Source: a phage
DNA: 40,644 nt
Assembly (NCBI GenBank): GCA_017062915.1
Contig: GCA_017062915.1_4331.1
Strand: one strand, 5' to 3'
The position numbers and the translations under genes were made by a program. Positions within the stretch are counted from its first letter, which is position 1; each line of letters begins with the position of its first letter. A model generated the notes under the pieces. The model made no database searches. It saw nothing but the letters and a program-made list of their open reading frames with translations, and was not told where the DNA came from. This document shows positions 1 to 10,673 of the stretch, piece after piece.

Positions 1-230
1 AAAAAAAACCATTTGCCACGTCGCCGATAGTAACTGACGCATCACCATCCGCCCGCCCTATGGCATCGGCAAAAGTAGCCATGAATGGTGCGACAAGCAT
101 CGACATTACATACTCTGATGGTTCCACCGTAAACGTGCCCGCAGTAGATAACTACGCCACCATCCCCCAAGCGGATTCGGCGTGGGGTAGTAAATATATC
201 ACCCGTATTGATTTTAATGTGGACGGTTAA
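1..230 (+). CDS. 3' end of a structural (tail) gene whose start lies upstream of the window
   Basis: Frame open from the window edge to TAA at 228-230, 4 nt before the next start codon; no motif recognised. Confidence 0.35.
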   Translation, partial: KKPFATSPIVTDASPSARPMASAKVAMNGATSIDITYSDGSTVNVPAVDNYATIPQADSAWGSKYITRIDFNVDG

Positions 231-233
231 CTT

Positions 234-749
234 ATGAGCCAGGAATCAGTAGAAGCAGCCTACCGCCGTAAGCTGGCCTCAAACCCCGACGGCGAGATTG
301 ACTACACGACGCTGGAGATAGTGCATCCGCTTCTTTCGAAGCGGTATTTACTTGTGCGCGGAACTTCTGACCTGACGGCAACGTTAGAGACCGGAGAAGT
401 AGTTACGTTTGAGGCCACACCAATGGAGGCTAAAGGGGCCGCCAACAATAACGACATGGACCAGCGAGCATCGTTCGCATTGCCCGATATTGGAAACCAG
501 TTAGACGATGAGATGGATAGGATACCGCCCGATAATACCGTGTTGCCTAAGTTTATATTCCGCCGTTTTGTTAGTACCGATTTGTCTTACCCGGCTGACG
601 GGCCTGTTGTGTACGAGTTGCAGTCGATAAACCAGGAAAAGGGGCTATTTACCGCCGACGTTGGCGTTCCTATGTTGAACCAAAGGGTCACTGGTGAACT
701 AATGACCCCTTCAGTAATCCCATTGTTACGGGGCGTTTTGTCCACATGA
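234..749 (+). CDS. minor tail protein (putative)
   Basis: 171-aa ORF in the tail gene block, end overlaps the next gene start (translational coupling); no catalytic motif recognised. Confidence 0.4.
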   Translation: MSQESVEAAYRRKLASNPDGEIDYTTLEIVHPLLSKRYLLVRGTSDLTATLETGEVVTFEATPMEAKGAANNNDMDQRASFALPDIGNQLDDEMDRIPPDNTVLPKFIFRRFVSTDLSYPADGPVVYELQSINQEKGLFTADVGVPMLNQRVTGELMTPSVIPLLRGVLST

Positions 750-1111
750 ATATTAATTCTTATACAGGGTTGCCGTACGACTTTCGCCGTCGTAATTGCT
801 GGCACCATGTCCGTAACGTTCGTGCTGATGTAGGCCTCTTTACGCCTGAGTTTAACGTCGCTTCGCCAACACAGATTAACGACGCCTTCGAAGAAGGCCA
901 TAAAGATACTAAAGGCCTTGTACGCGTAGAAACTCCGCAAAACTTCGATGCCGTGCTGATGGCAACACGGCACAGAAACCGTGTAATCTGGCACGCCGGA
1001 GTATACTATGACGGTATGGTTAGTCATTGCGAGCTGGCGAGTCGCCAGGTACGGTTAGACCGTCTGGAAGACTTGCGCGAAACTTATGCGGAGATAGAAT
1101 TTTGGCGCTGA
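746..1111 (+). CDS. minor tail protein (putative)
   Basis: 121-aa ORF coupled to its neighbours in the tail block; assignment by position only. Confidence 0.35.
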   Translation: MNINSYTGLPYDFRRRNCWHHVRNVRADVGLFTPEFNVASPTQINDAFEEGHKDTKGLVRVETPQNFDAVLMATRHRNRVIWHAGVYYDGMVSHCELASRQVRLDRLEDLRETYAEIEFWR

Positions 1112-3657
1112 CATTACATTACACCCGTAACGAAGACGGTACTTTCGACCGCGAACGGCACAACGTACCGCCGATGGAATACGTCGTCGCTAACATCCCC
1201 GACGGGGTGCCTGTACGTATTTACCGTGGCGAGATCGGCGAGGACACGGAAGTAACTGAAGATTTCGAAGCGCTGAAAGAAGACAATGTTTTCCATATTA
1301 TCGAAGGCGCTGGTGGCGGTGGTGGTTTTCTGGGTAAACTCCTGGACCCTTTGGGCGTGCTTAAATTTGTTACCAAGTTGATTTCTCCGTCGCAGAAAAC
1401 GCCTAAAACGAGTTTAGCGAACCAGCAGGCTGAGTCCCCTAACAACAGCCTGACGGACCGAAACAATAAACCACGCCCATATGAACGGTCGTATGACATT
1501 TGCGGCAGGGTCCAGACTATCCCTAATGACCTCATGACAACGTATAAAATATTCGACGAATCCGGGCGAATTATCGAATACGGATACTACGATGCCGGTC
1601 GTGGGTATCTGGACATCAAGGCCGAAGATATTACCGACGGCGATACTAAGGTACAGGAGATTACGGGGACCTCTGTCGCGGTGTACGCGCCGTTTACATC
1701 CCCCAACAATACAAATACCCCGCAGCTTCTGGTGGGGGAACCTATCAATCAGAATCTTTATATAACTATCGCGTCTAATGAAGTAGATGGAGCCGTTCTT
1801 AAAGCCCAGAACGATATTCGGGTCAACCCAAGCGACACGGGCCGCGTGAGATATGACTCTGCTACAAAAATTGGATACCTGTATGACGACACGGGGGATT
1901 CTGGCTTCGCGGAAATATTATCTGTTGGTGACACCGCGTCGTTCAATAACTTTGACGTTCCGGGCGTAACAAATACCAACGGCAACTTTCGTGTTCTTTA
2001 TGTCGATAACTTCGAGCTGCGGGTCGACACCGGCGGCGCGTCTAATTGGGCTGCTTTAGGCTCAACCACCTATTCACTTTCCCAGAGAAGTGACACGTGG
2101 GTAGGCCCCGTGGATACGTATGAAAGAACATTAACCGACTGGACCACCTTAAACCGCCTGGAAGTTGAACGCGTAGTAGCCAACATCGCTGCCGCTAACG
2201 GTATGTATAAAGACAACGGCAGTAAATTGCGTACGTCGGTAACTATTGAACTCCAATACCAACTACTCGATGAAACCGGTGCCCCATACGGGAGTATCTA
2301 TTCAAAACAGGCCGTTATATCTGGTCGGTCCGCCGACTACACCGGAGTTACTATTTACGCCGACTTGCCCATGAGGTCGAAAGTTAGGGTACGTGCCCGT
2401 CGTGTTACCAACCTGGACCTTGATTTCGAGGGCACCGTGGTAGACGAGGTTTCCTATATCAACCTTTACGGTCAGGTCCGTGACACTACGCCACATTACG
2501 GCAATCGTACTACCGTACACTCGGCACGTAAGCAGACGCCGCGGGCCGCAGAGATTAAGCAACCACAGTTACGTATGGTCGCCACAGAGATGGTGTACAA
2601 ATACCTCGGTAATGGTGTATTCGATACCGTAATGACACCGAATACTCAGGCCATTCAATCATTAATACGTCTCGCCCGTGACCCGGTAGTAGGTAATCTC
2701 AACCTAACAACATCCAATATGGACAAGTTGTTAGCGACTCAGACCGAGATTGAGAATTATTTCGGTAACGTGGAGGCGGGTCAATTCTGCTACACTTTTG
2801 ACGACTATAAAATGACCATGCAGGATATCATCAGCACAATAGCCGATGCTATTTTCTGCACTCCATATCGTAAAGGGCAAGACATATTACTGGATTTCGA
2901 GCGCCCGCGTATGGGGCCGGAAATGGTATTCACACATCGAAGTAAGACAACAGCTTCGGAAAAGTGGACGCGCACATTCAACGACGCTCAGGTATACGAT
3001 AGTCTTAAGTTCTCCTACATCGACCCAGATACTAACGTAAAAGAGACCATCAGCATTCCCGCCGAGGGCGGTGTTAACACAGAAACGTATGACTCTAAAG
3101 GTATACGTAATTATCGTCAGGCGTACTGGGCGGCGTACCGTCGGTACCAGAAGAACCTGTTGAAGAAGGTGACGGTATCATTCACGGCAACAGAAGAAGG
3201 TGTTTTTGTGTTACCAGGGCGTGCAATAAGCGTGGTTAAAGGTTCTCGCGTAGCACCTCAAGATGGCTATGTTGTTGCCGTTAATGGGCTTACCCTGACG
3301 TTATCACAACCGGTTACTTTTACCTCCGGAGACGACCACTCATTGATTCTTAAGAAGCGTGACGGTGGTGTTCAGAGCGTTGCAGTGGTTCCGGGAAGTA
3401 ACGACCGTGAAGTGATTATGCTCTCCGCACCGCAGGAGGCAATTTACACAGGGAATAGCGCACTAAAAACTGAGTTTTCATTCGGCAACGAAGCAAGGCA
3501 TAATGCTCAGATGATTCTTGTTTCTACAGTTGACCCCGGAGACGACAGAACGGTTAAGATTACCGGGATTAACTATGACGACGGATTCTATAAATACGAC
3601 GGCGTCGCGCCTTTCGGTCGCGGTTTCTCCGACGGATTCAGCAACGGTTTTTATTAA
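1027..3657 (+). CDS. tail tip / central tail fibre protein (host-specificity J-like)
   Basis: 876-aa ORF directly upstream of the tailspike; Gly-rich linker GAGGGGGF near the N-terminus; the track start is TTG and overlaps the previous gene, the true start may be the internal ATG near 1174. Confidence 0.5.
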   Translation: MRAGESPGTVRPSGRLARNLCGDRILALTLHYTRNEDGTFDRERHNVPPMEYVVANIPDGVPVRIYRGEIGEDTEVTEDFEALKEDNVFHIIEGAGGGGGFLGKLLDPLGVLKFVTKLISPSQKTPKTSLANQQAESPNNSLTDRNNKPRPYERSYDICGRVQTIPNDLMTTYKIFDESGRIIEYGYYDAGRGYLDIKAEDITDGDTKVQEITGTSVAVYAPFTSPNNTNTPQLLVGEPINQNLYITIASNEVDGAVLKAQNDIRVNPSDTGRVRYDSATKIGYLYDDTGDSGFAEILSVGDTASFNNFDVPGVTNTNGNFRVLYVDNFELRVDTGGASNWAALGSTTYSLSQRSDTWVGPVDTYERTLTDWTTLNRLEVERVVANIAAANGMYKDNGSKLRTSVTIELQYQLLDETGAPYGSIYSKQAVISGRSADYTGVTIYADLPMRSKVRVRARRVTNLDLDFEGTVVDEVSYINLYGQVRDTTPHYGNRTTVHSARKQTPRAAEIKQPQLRMVATEMVYKYLGNGVFDTVMTPNTQAIQSLIRLARDPVVGNLNLTTSNMDKLLATQTEIENYFGNVEAGQFCYTFDDYKMTMQDIISTIADAIFCTPYRKGQDILLDFERPRMGPEMVFTHRSKTTASEKWTRTFNDAQVYDSLKFSYIDPDTNVKETISIPAEGGVNTETYDSKGIRNYRQAYWAAYRRYQKNLLKKVTVSFTATEEGVFVLPGRAISVVKGSRVAPQDGYVVAVNGLTLTLSQPVTFTSGDDHSLILKKRDGGVQSVAVVPGSNDREVIMLSAPQEAIYTGNSALKTEFSFGNEARHNAQMILVSTVDPGDDRTVKITGINYDDGFYKYDGVAPFGRGFSDGFSNGFY

Positions 3658-3669
3658 AGAGGACTCTAT

Positions 3670-5907
3670 ATGTCAAGCGGATGCGGTGACGTTTTAAGCC
3701 TGGTGGATTTACAAACCGCCAAGAAACACCAGATTTTCGAAGCCGAGGTTATCACAGGTAAATCCGGCGGCGTTGCTACGGGTGCTGATATTGATTACGC
3801 AACTAATCAGGTTACTGGTCAGACACAGAAGACGTTACCCGCCGTGTTGCGCGACGCCGGCTTTTCTCCCGTGTCGTGGGACTTTTCTACAGGCGGGACA
3901 TTAACGGTTAATGACCGAGACAAAGTAGTGTATGACCCGGTAAGTATGGCGTGGTACTCGTACGCGGGGACGTTACCAGTTACAGTTCCCGCGAGTTTTA
4001 ATCCCGTAGGTAACGCTAACTGGAGGCCACAGACCGATCCTAATTTACGTGGTGAGTTATCCATCATTGAAAACATAGCTGAGCTTATGTCTAAAACGCC
4101 AAACCCAGAACTCACGTACACCGTGAAAGGCTATGCCCCCGGTACGACTTTCGGCGGGGGCATTTTCTACTGGGACGCCACCCTCCCTAAGTCACAACAC
4201 AACGGCATCACTGTATTTAGTCCAACGGTGCCATGGGACGGAACCTACACCACTCTCGCGACCTTCTTAGCTGGCACAGGGGAAACCACCCCATCCGGCA
4301 GCGGATGCTGGGTCCGTATGCAGAACAGCCGCGACATGCTCGTTTCTTGGGGCGGCGTTGACATCACAGGGACGAACGTTGCGGACGCCGCTGTAACCGC
4401 GGTTATTAAGTATGCTAATACGGTCAAGCGTTCTGTTAGATTTGACTCTGGTGCAAATATTAAATGGGGCTTCTCTACCCTTGTCCAGCACTTTGACAAG
4501 TTCAATCTTAATGTGCAATGTTCTGTTGTTCTGGAGAATATCAGCGGGATTAAGGTTTACGCGGAGAATGACGTTGAGTTCAACACTGACCACCCTACTT
4601 ATGCGGAGCGTGTTGTCTTTCGCCTTAAAAACTGTAGCGAAGTGGAATTCTCTGGATTCAACTTCAACTCCAATTTCACCGACTATTCGACGACGACATC
4701 GGACACTACGTACAAGCCCCAAGAATGGTGGCAGGGCTTCACAGCCGAAGGTTGTTCTAATATAGAAATCACTAAGCATCACGTTAATGCGTGCCAAGTA
4801 TTTGTAAGGGCTGATTGTACAAACTTAGCAGCAAACCTTCATAACATAGATATTCATGTTACAGATAACATGTTTAAGTATGTAACGAATTACTGCGTTA
4901 TTTCCAGAAACATAAATCTGGTTGAATTCAGCCGCAACAAGGTTTCATTTAATGGGCGTAACTGGCACACATTCGGAGAGGCGTTCGCCCCTACGACAGG
5001 CTCCCTTAATATAATTGCCAAAGATAACATTTTTACTAACCAAATTGCGCAGCAGTCGTGTATTACGCCAACTCTGGGCGCTTCATCTGTAACTATTCAA
5101 GGTAATTATTGCCGCCGGCAGTATGGTATTTTTGTTGAACTCGGTAGTTCAAGCAATGTGTTAATTTCTGGTAATACATCGATAAGTACCGGTGAGCGCG
5201 CTGATACAACACACATTCTTTTGGTTGGGGCGGTAGATGGCAATCCGGCAGGTGGGCTTTCAAACGTAAACATTACCGCAAACTATTTTCAAGGCGGTGG
5301 TTTTGCCATTCAAGAATACAATACCGGAAACGCATTGCGCACTGGGTTCAGTATAACTAATAATCATATGATTGACTGCAAATTACCAGCCATCACTAAC
5401 CAATCTTACATTGGTGTTGTAGTTCGCGGTAACTATATGGAAGCACCCACTAACTTTCCTGATTTAGCTATCGCAGGACAGAGGCCTGTTATAGACGGTA
5501 ACATGTTTGTTGGTGTTAGGGTGCGTGCAAGAGATTTAGGGTATAGCGTAATAGCTCCTAAGGTAACCAACAATGTATGGAGAGCAAACTCCCTGGGGGA
5601 ATCATATCCAGCACTTATCGACTATACCGAATTCACCGCATTAGTGGCGGATGGCAACGACTCAACAGCAGCGGCGTACACGGACTTCATTGTCCACCCT
5701 TCAAATTGTAATAATGCAGGGTTCCGTAGGGTAGGCCCAACTGAAGGTTTTAGCGTTAGCCCTTCCGCTCGTTTCGGCGCTAAATTGACGGACGCGCATG
5801 TGGGCGATTTTGTGGCTAATTCATCTCCTACGGCATCGGGTACTTATGCGTGGGTATGCGTTAATCAAACAACAAAAACATTCAGTTCTATCGCATTGAG
5901 TGCATAA
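3670..5907 (+). CDS. tailspike protein with beta-helix (pectate-lyase-like) repeats
   Basis: 745 aa, RBS AGAGGA; repeated short Asn/Gly/Ile-rich beta-strand units (NIEITKHH, ISGNTSIS, ITANYFQGGG, ITNNHMIDC) typical of right-handed beta-helix depolymerases; terminal position in the tail module. Confidence 0.55.
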   Translation: MSSGCGDVLSLVDLQTAKKHQIFEAEVITGKSGGVATGADIDYATNQVTGQTQKTLPAVLRDAGFSPVSWDFSTGGTLTVNDRDKVVYDPVSMAWYSYAGTLPVTVPASFNPVGNANWRPQTDPNLRGELSIIENIAELMSKTPNPELTYTVKGYAPGTTFGGGIFYWDATLPKSQHNGITVFSPTVPWDGTYTTLATFLAGTGETTPSGSGCWVRMQNSRDMLVSWGGVDITGTNVADAAVTAVIKYANTVKRSVRFDSGANIKWGFSTLVQHFDKFNLNVQCSVVLENISGIKVYAENDVEFNTDHPTYAERVVFRLKNCSEVEFSGFNFNSNFTDYSTTTSDTTYKPQEWWQGFTAEGCSNIEITKHHVNACQVFVRADCTNLAANLHNIDIHVTDNMFKYVTNYCVISRNINLVEFSRNKVSFNGRNWHTFGEAFAPTTGSLNIIAKDNIFTNQIAQQSCITPTLGASSVTIQGNYCRRQYGIFVELGSSSNVLISGNTSISTGERADTTHILLVGAVDGNPAGGLSNVNITANYFQGGGFAIQEYNTGNALRTGFSITNNHMIDCKLPAITNQSYIGVVVRGNYMEAPTNFPDLAIAGQRPVIDGNMFVGVRVRARDLGYSVIAPKVTNNVWRANSLGESYPALIDYTEFTALVADGNDSTAAAYTDFIVHPSNCNNAGFRRVGPTEGFSVSPSARFGAKLTDAHVGDFVANSSPTASGTYAWVCVNQTTKTFSSIALSA

Positions 5908-5912
5908 AACTA

Positions 5913-5936
5913 AGGCCCCAAACGGGGCCTTTTCTC
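5913..5936. terminator. bidirectional rho-independent terminator
   Basis: Hairpin AGGCCCC-AAAC-GGGGCCT followed by TTTTCTCT; T-rich on the opposite strand as well; lies between convergent gene blocks. Confidence 0.6.
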
Positions 5937-6073
5937 TACTCTTCCGATAACTTCTCCAGTACAAACGCCAGTTGCGCATTAGCGGCGTCTCTTTGCTGCC
6001 GTAGTCGTAGAACCTCTTCCTCGAGTTCCTTGATACGTTTTTGCAATGCTGGAATTGGGGCTATGATGTTCAT
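5936..6073 (-). CDS. small coiled-coil protein (45 aa), hypothetical
   Basis: ATG overlaps the upstream stop (ATGA coupling); heptad-like QKRIKELEEEVLRLRQQ; below the ORF-track length cutoff. Confidence 0.3.
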   Translation of the reverse strand: MNIIAPIPALQKRIKELEEEVLRLRQQRDAANAQLAFVLEKLSEE

Positions 6074-6255
6074 TTATTACCTTCGCTTTTCTTAAAACTG
6101 CGCTTTATATCCGGCAGCGTGTAGCATCGCGACTTTTCGTATTTACCGTCCGCGCTTACCAAAACAAAGCTGTTGCCGTCTTTTGATATGTACTCGATGG
6201 TGAAAGTATTGAATGAATGTACACTGTATATTTCATCGCCAACATTAAGTTTCAT
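6070..6255 (-). CDS. hypothetical protein
   Basis: 61-aa ORF coupled to the upstream helicase gene. Confidence 0.45.
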   Translation of the reverse strand: MKLNVGDEIYSVHSFNTFTIEYISKDGNSFVLVSADGKYEKSRCYTLPDIKRSFKKSEGNK

Positions 6256-7676
6256 TTCTTACCTCGTCTCTTCATGTAATTAAGCAATTCTTCCTGGACC
6301 GATTTCTTCTCGTCAGTACGCGCGGCAACAACCTCGTCCAGCGTGTCTTTAGCAACGATGTGGTAAAGGAATACCGGGCGCTCGTGTCCCGCCTGTTTCT
6401 GGCGTACCGGGCCTATACGCTCAACGACCTGCAAATAGTGCTCAAGGTTCCAGCCTTGTGAAATAAACGCCAGATGATGCCCACCGTCCTGTAAATTGAG
6501 GCCGTGGCCCGCTGACGCCGGATGTACGCATAAGATTTCGATTTCACCGCGGTTCCACGCTTCCATCTGCTTATTGCCCTTAGCACCTTTTGCAAACGCC
6601 TGGGCTTGAGGGAATCGCTTAAGGATACGTTCCAGTTCGTGCTTGAACTGATAGGCGACCAGTAGCGGTGCGCCCTGTAACTCCTCGACAATGGACTCAA
6701 GCGCATCCAGTTTCGTATCGTGCACTTTCTCCCAGTCTTTGGTTGCTTCTCCGTCCGGCCCCGACACATACACGGCACCAGATGCAATCTGCAAACACTT
6801 CGACGTCTTCGCCGCTGCGTTAGCTGCTTCAACTTCTCCGCTCTCCAGTTCTGCAAATAGCTTCTCCTCCATATCTATGTACGCCTGACGCGCTTTCTTC
6901 GGCAGGTCGATTTCAACCGGTACGATAATCGGCGCTTCGCAACCGAACCACTCGGCAGCGTCAATCGTTAGACTAATGTCCTTCATCTTCTGGTGAATCT
7001 CAGTATCCGCGCCCGGGCGGGCGTGATACTCTCGTGCCATAGCGGACTTACCCTTCTGTACCGAATTAAACCAGCGGTCGGTGAACGCGGTGTATGAAGA
7101 ACCCAGGCGCTCGCCCGCGTCTATAAACCAGTTCTGCCCCCACAGGTCTTTGAGACCGTTAGGAGATGGTGTACCTGTCAGGTTGATGAAACGCTTAACC
7201 TTACCGAACGCCACCTTGCTGAGCGCCTTCGCTCGCTTGCTGCCGCCAGAACGGCTACGGAAAGATTTCAGTTTCGTGCTCTCGTCGGCAACTATAACGG
7301 TGAAAGGCCAGTCGTCTTTGCCGTAGTAGTCGATTAGCCACTCGATGACCTCGTAGTTGGTGCATACCACGTTAGCGTCGGACTCAAGCGCCGCGATGCG
7401 GCGCTTCTCTGAACCGGTTGCGTCTACTACACGCAGACACGGAAACCGCCATTTCTCTTGTTCTGCAGGCCACGTACCGGATGCAACACGCAATGGGGCC
7501 AGGATTAACACGCGGTCGTCGTCCGTAAGTTGCCCGTTGCGGAACAGGCGGTTTAACGTCCACAGGACGCTGCCCGTCTTCCCTGCGCCCATCGAAGCCC
7601 ATATGTTACAGCGCGAGTGCTGTAACATGAACGCTGTCATGAGTTTTTGATATTCGCGCCTTTGAAATTTACTCAT
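6252..7676 (-). CDS. SNF2/DEAD-like superfamily 2 helicase
   Basis: Walker A MGAGKTGS, motif II VIVADEST, C-terminal helicase-type region (HGLNLQDGGHHLAF). Confidence 0.7.
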   Translation of the reverse strand: MSKFQRREYQKLMTAFMLQHSRCNIWASMGAGKTGSVLWTLNRLFRNGQLTDDDRVLILAPLRVASGTWPAEQEKWRFPCLRVVDATGSEKRRIAALESDANVVCTNYEVIEWLIDYYGKDDWPFTVIVADESTKLKSFRSRSGGSKRAKALSKVAFGKVKRFINLTGTPSPNGLKDLWGQNWFIDAGERLGSSYTAFTDRWFNSVQKGKSAMAREYHARPGADTEIHQKMKDISLTIDAAEWFGCEAPIIVPVEIDLPKKARQAYIDMEEKLFAELESGEVEAANAAAKTSKCLQIASGAVYVSGPDGEATKDWEKVHDTKLDALESIVEELQGAPLLVAYQFKHELERILKRFPQAQAFAKGAKGNKQMEAWNRGEIEILCVHPASAGHGLNLQDGGHHLAFISQGWNLEHYLQVVERIGPVRQKQAGHERPVFLYHIVAKDTLDEVVAARTDEKKSVQEELLNYMKRRGKK

Positions 7677-7864
7677 TTCAACACCAGCACCAGTTCTTTA
7701 CGCCCGAACGCCGTAACGTTACCGGTTACGTCCTCAATAACCAGTTTACCGTTCGACTCGACGAACACTGTATCAACGGCAACAGGCTGGCGTGTCTTAA
7801 CGTTGAAAATCATGTCGCCCGGTACGATGTCACGTGCCGGCTTGCGGTCATATTCGTGTTTCAT
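7673..7864 (-). CDS. hypothetical protein
   Basis: 63-aa ORF directly downstream of the leftward promoter at about 7898-7926; ATGA overlap with the helicase gene. Confidence 0.45.
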   Translation of the reverse strand: MKHEYDRKPARDIVPGDMIFNVKTRQPVAVDTVFVESNGKLVIEDVTGNVTAFGRKELVLVLK

Positions 7865-7894
7865 TTCTCAATTCCTTATATTGTTGGTGTGGGA

Positions 7895-8182
7895 CTAACT
7901 ATAATAGTTTGCTATTAGGTCGTCAACCTCTTCTTTTGTTCCTACTACAAAAACATTTGCGTCGCGTTTACGAAGCCGTTTGTGTTCCCGCAACTGATGG
8001 GCCTCCGGTTCCGTGTTTTCATCCTTCTTCACCTCTACAAACCATATCACCCCTCCCGGAAGGACAACCAACAGGTCAGGCGCTCCGTTTCTACCCTCGT
8101 ACGACAACTTACGAACGAGGCCCCCAAGGGCCTCGAATTGCTCTTTTGCGTATTTCTGAATCTTGCCCTCAGGCGTACACAT
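7895..8182 (-). CDS. VRR-NUC domain nuclease
   Basis: 95 aa; GAPDLLVVLPGGVIWFVEVKK matches the PD-(D/E)XK-like VRR-NUC core (D..E-V-K). Confidence 0.6.
   Translation of the reverse strand: MCTPEGKIQKYAKEQFEALGGLVRKLSYEGRNGAPDLLVVLPGGVIWFVEVKKDENTEPEAHQLREHKRLRKRDANVFVVGTKEEVDDLIANYYS
7898..7926 (-). promoter_or_regulatory. sigma70-type promoter (TTGACG-N17-TATAGT) with AATAG-N4-CTATT palindrome in the spacer
   Basis: Reverse complement reads GTTGACG, 17-nt spacer, TATAGT; leader shares CACCAACAATA with the promoter at 36211-36239. Confidence 0.55.
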
Positions 8183-8384
8183 CTACACACCCCTCACGTT
8201 TCGTATGCTCAATCCCGCAGCGCGGACAGATTCGGCGGTCTTCTTCATAGAACCAGTAAATTTTCATTCCAGCACCCACAGATAAATTGTGATTAACATA
8301 CACAATACGGCAACCATCATGCCATATTGGCCATCGTGGCAGTAAACACCGGCGGCGAATCCCGCCAGTGCTGTAACAATCAGT

Positions 8385-10634
8385 TTACTTAGCATAACGC
8401 TTCATCTCCGCACCTTCCGCTACCAAAGGGAAGCCCCCGGCCCAGTCTGGTAATTCGCACATCAACCGCTCAAGTTCATCCACATTGTATTCAGGCGAAT
8501 CCGGTGTCTCGCAGATAATCTCATCATGTACGTGAAGTACAATCGGGTAGCCGTTTGCTTCAACGTTCAGCAGGGCATTAGCTAGCAAATCACGGCACAG
8601 CGCCTGAGTGCAGTTTTCCACCAGTTTACCGGAGTAGGTGTACTGGAACCCCCACTGACGGGTTAGCTGATTTTCGCCCTGGTACTTGATGCGCACGTTA
8701 GTAGACACCTTCCCGTCTTCGTCTGTCTCTTTTGACACGCTCAATCCTACGCCCGGGTATGACATTACACGACCCGACGGCAACGTCATGCGCAACCACC
8801 AACCCGCTACCTTGTTGCCGTTGTTGTCTGTTTCTACGTTGCGGGAAAACTTAACGCCACGTGGCCCTGCGGTGAACTCTTTCCCTGGATTACGGATTGC
8901 TGCCATAGCTGCGTCTTCAATATCGCGCCAGAAAGCTACAGTCTCCGGGTGAGACTCCCGCCACATACGCTTGATCGCGTCACAAGTACGCCACACTTTC
9001 TTATCAAGAATATATGATGGTCGGTCATCTTTTTCACCAGGACGCGGCGGGCGCTTCGCCTCCTGAATACGCGCCCACTCGTAGCCTCGCGCGGTGGCGG
9101 CCCAGATATGGTCCGGGAAAGTTCCGTCCATTGTTTTAGCCATATCGATGAGGTTTAGGCCGAGGTTCTTGGCGAACTGAACGAAAGCGCCGACGCCACC
9201 CGCATAGCCCAATCCCAACTCACATGCTTTACCAATCTGGCGCAGGTCGCTACGGCTTTCGAGAATGTAATTAGGATCCATACCAAACATCTTACCCGCC
9301 GTTACACAATAAATATCGAGTCCAGCACGGAAAGTATCTAGCGCAGTTTCTTCTCCAGCCAGCCATGCCAGACCACGCCCCTCAACGTTAGAGTAGTCGG
9401 CAACAACAAATTTGTGCCCGGCTTCCGGGATGATGCAGCTACGCACCGTCGATGCCGTTAGCTTGGCTACATCAAATCTTCGATGGGCACGCCCTTTAAG
9501 CAACAGGTCAATCCCATAGGACAATGGGTGTGTTACTCTCCACCAGTCCTTCTCTGACATCCAGTCGTAACGTACTTTCTTCTTTTTATTCTTCGGGTCG
9601 TCGTGATAGTACCCGCGCGCCAGGTTCTGCGGCTGGAAGCCTTTGCCCGCGAATCGTAGCGTACGCTTAGCCCCACCGTACTGTATGCAACCACGGCGAC
9701 GGTCGTCAGAAGAACGGCCCAACAGCAGTGGGTTATATTTAGTTGATGCAGTTGAAGCAGCCCCGAGGCGCATTTCGATAATCGTGCGCGCATCGTCCGG
9801 TAAATCGTCGTCCGCCAGCAGGTCATGAAGTGTTGACTTCTGCGCATTGTGAATGCGGTGAGCGGGGGCCAGTTCACGCAGAATTGGCAGGAAGTCTTTA
9901 CCGGTTAACGAGCCGCCGTATTTGCGCCGGGCTTCTTCCTGTAACTGTGCCTTGTGCTTCTCTACGGCTTCAATCGCAGCCTCTGCCAGCGCAACGTCAA
10001 CCTTAAACCCACGGTCGTTGATTAACTGGTCCAGTTCCAGTACACGGTCCTCGAACTCGGAGTTACCCCACCGCGGCAGCTTATGGAAGACTTCGCGCAT
10101 CGCGGTGATGTCACTCACAGCGTACTTGATGAACAACGCCCACTCATCCGGGTGCGTATCGGCGGTGTAGCGGCGGATTTTATAGTTCTTCGGCGTAGGT
10201 TTTGAGAAACGCTGAATCAGCGCCTTGCCGCGTTTGTCTTTCGCATTGTCGGCGGATACACCGAGAACTTCACACAGCGCATCAAGTGAACCCGGCAGCG
10301 CGTGACGAAACGCCCAAATCATCGTATCAATGGTGTTGCTTACAGGGATATCAAAGTCCCAGCAGTTTTTCATGATGAGCCTATCGAAAAGTCCACCGTT
10401 ATGCCACACCATCTTAATGCGACTGTTCGGTTTCACCAGACGGCGTAACGCGCGGTGTAAATCTCCTGGCATATCGCTGCCGTCTGTGCAATCCCATACC
10501 TGCACAGGCTCGTCGTCAAAGGCATATGTACAGATAAGCACTTCGGTAGTCGGGTGTTCAGCATAAGCGTAAGAACCGACTTTCTTCAAATCAGCTTCGG
10601 AGAATGTTTCAAAGTCTAAGAACAGATAACTCAT
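8385..10634 (-). CDS. family A DNA polymerase with 3'-5' exonuclease domain
   Basis: N-terminal exo motif LFLDFETFS; Pol A motif A (VVADYSNVEGR), motif B (RQIGKACELGLGYAGG), motif C (VHDEII). Confidence 0.85.
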   Translation of the reverse strand: MSYLFLDFETFSEADLKKVGSYAYAEHPTTEVLICTYAFDDEPVQVWDCTDGSDMPGDLHRALRRLVKPNSRIKMVWHNGGLFDRLIMKNCWDFDIPVSNTIDTMIWAFRHALPGSLDALCEVLGVSADNAKDKRGKALIQRFSKPTPKNYKIRRYTADTHPDEWALFIKYAVSDITAMREVFHKLPRWGNSEFEDRVLELDQLINDRGFKVDVALAEAAIEAVEKHKAQLQEEARRKYGGSLTGKDFLPILRELAPAHRIHNAQKSTLHDLLADDDLPDDARTIIEMRLGAASTASTKYNPLLLGRSSDDRRRGCIQYGGAKRTLRFAGKGFQPQNLARGYYHDDPKNKKKKVRYDWMSEKDWWRVTHPLSYGIDLLLKGRAHRRFDVAKLTASTVRSCIIPEAGHKFVVADYSNVEGRGLAWLAGEETALDTFRAGLDIYCVTAGKMFGMDPNYILESRSDLRQIGKACELGLGYAGGVGAFVQFAKNLGLNLIDMAKTMDGTFPDHIWAATARGYEWARIQEAKRPPRPGEKDDRPSYILDKKVWRTCDAIKRMWRESHPETVAFWRDIEDAAMAAIRNPGKEFTAGPRGVKFSRNVETDNNGNKVAGWWLRMTLPSGRVMSYPGVGLSVSKETDEDGKVSTNVRIKYQGENQLTRQWGFQYTYSGKLVENCTQALCRDLLANALLNVEANGYPIVLHVHDEIICETPDSPEYNVDELERLMCELPDWAGGFPLVAEGAEMKRYAK

Positions 10635-10651
10635 TATTTTCGACCCTTAGT

Positions 10652-10673
10652 AAAAAGGCCCAATAAAGGGCCT
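10652..10673 (-). terminator. rho-independent terminator between the SSB-like gene and the polymerase gene
   Basis: On the minus strand: hairpin AGGCCC-TTTATT-GGGCCT followed by TTTTTAC. Confidence 0.5.

Noticed and set aside
4267-4797. 176-aa minus-strand ORF inside the tailspike gene
   Set aside because: Antisense shadow ORF; the forward frame has the beta-helix repeat signature and a proper RBS.
8264-8395. Small hydrophobic ORF (about 43 aa) overlapping the 3' end of the polymerase gene, and a nearby Cys-x-x-Cys mini-ORF overlapping the VRR-NUC start
   Set aside because: No convincing RBS and the start would lie inside the polymerase coding sequence; cannot be distinguished from chance without expression data.
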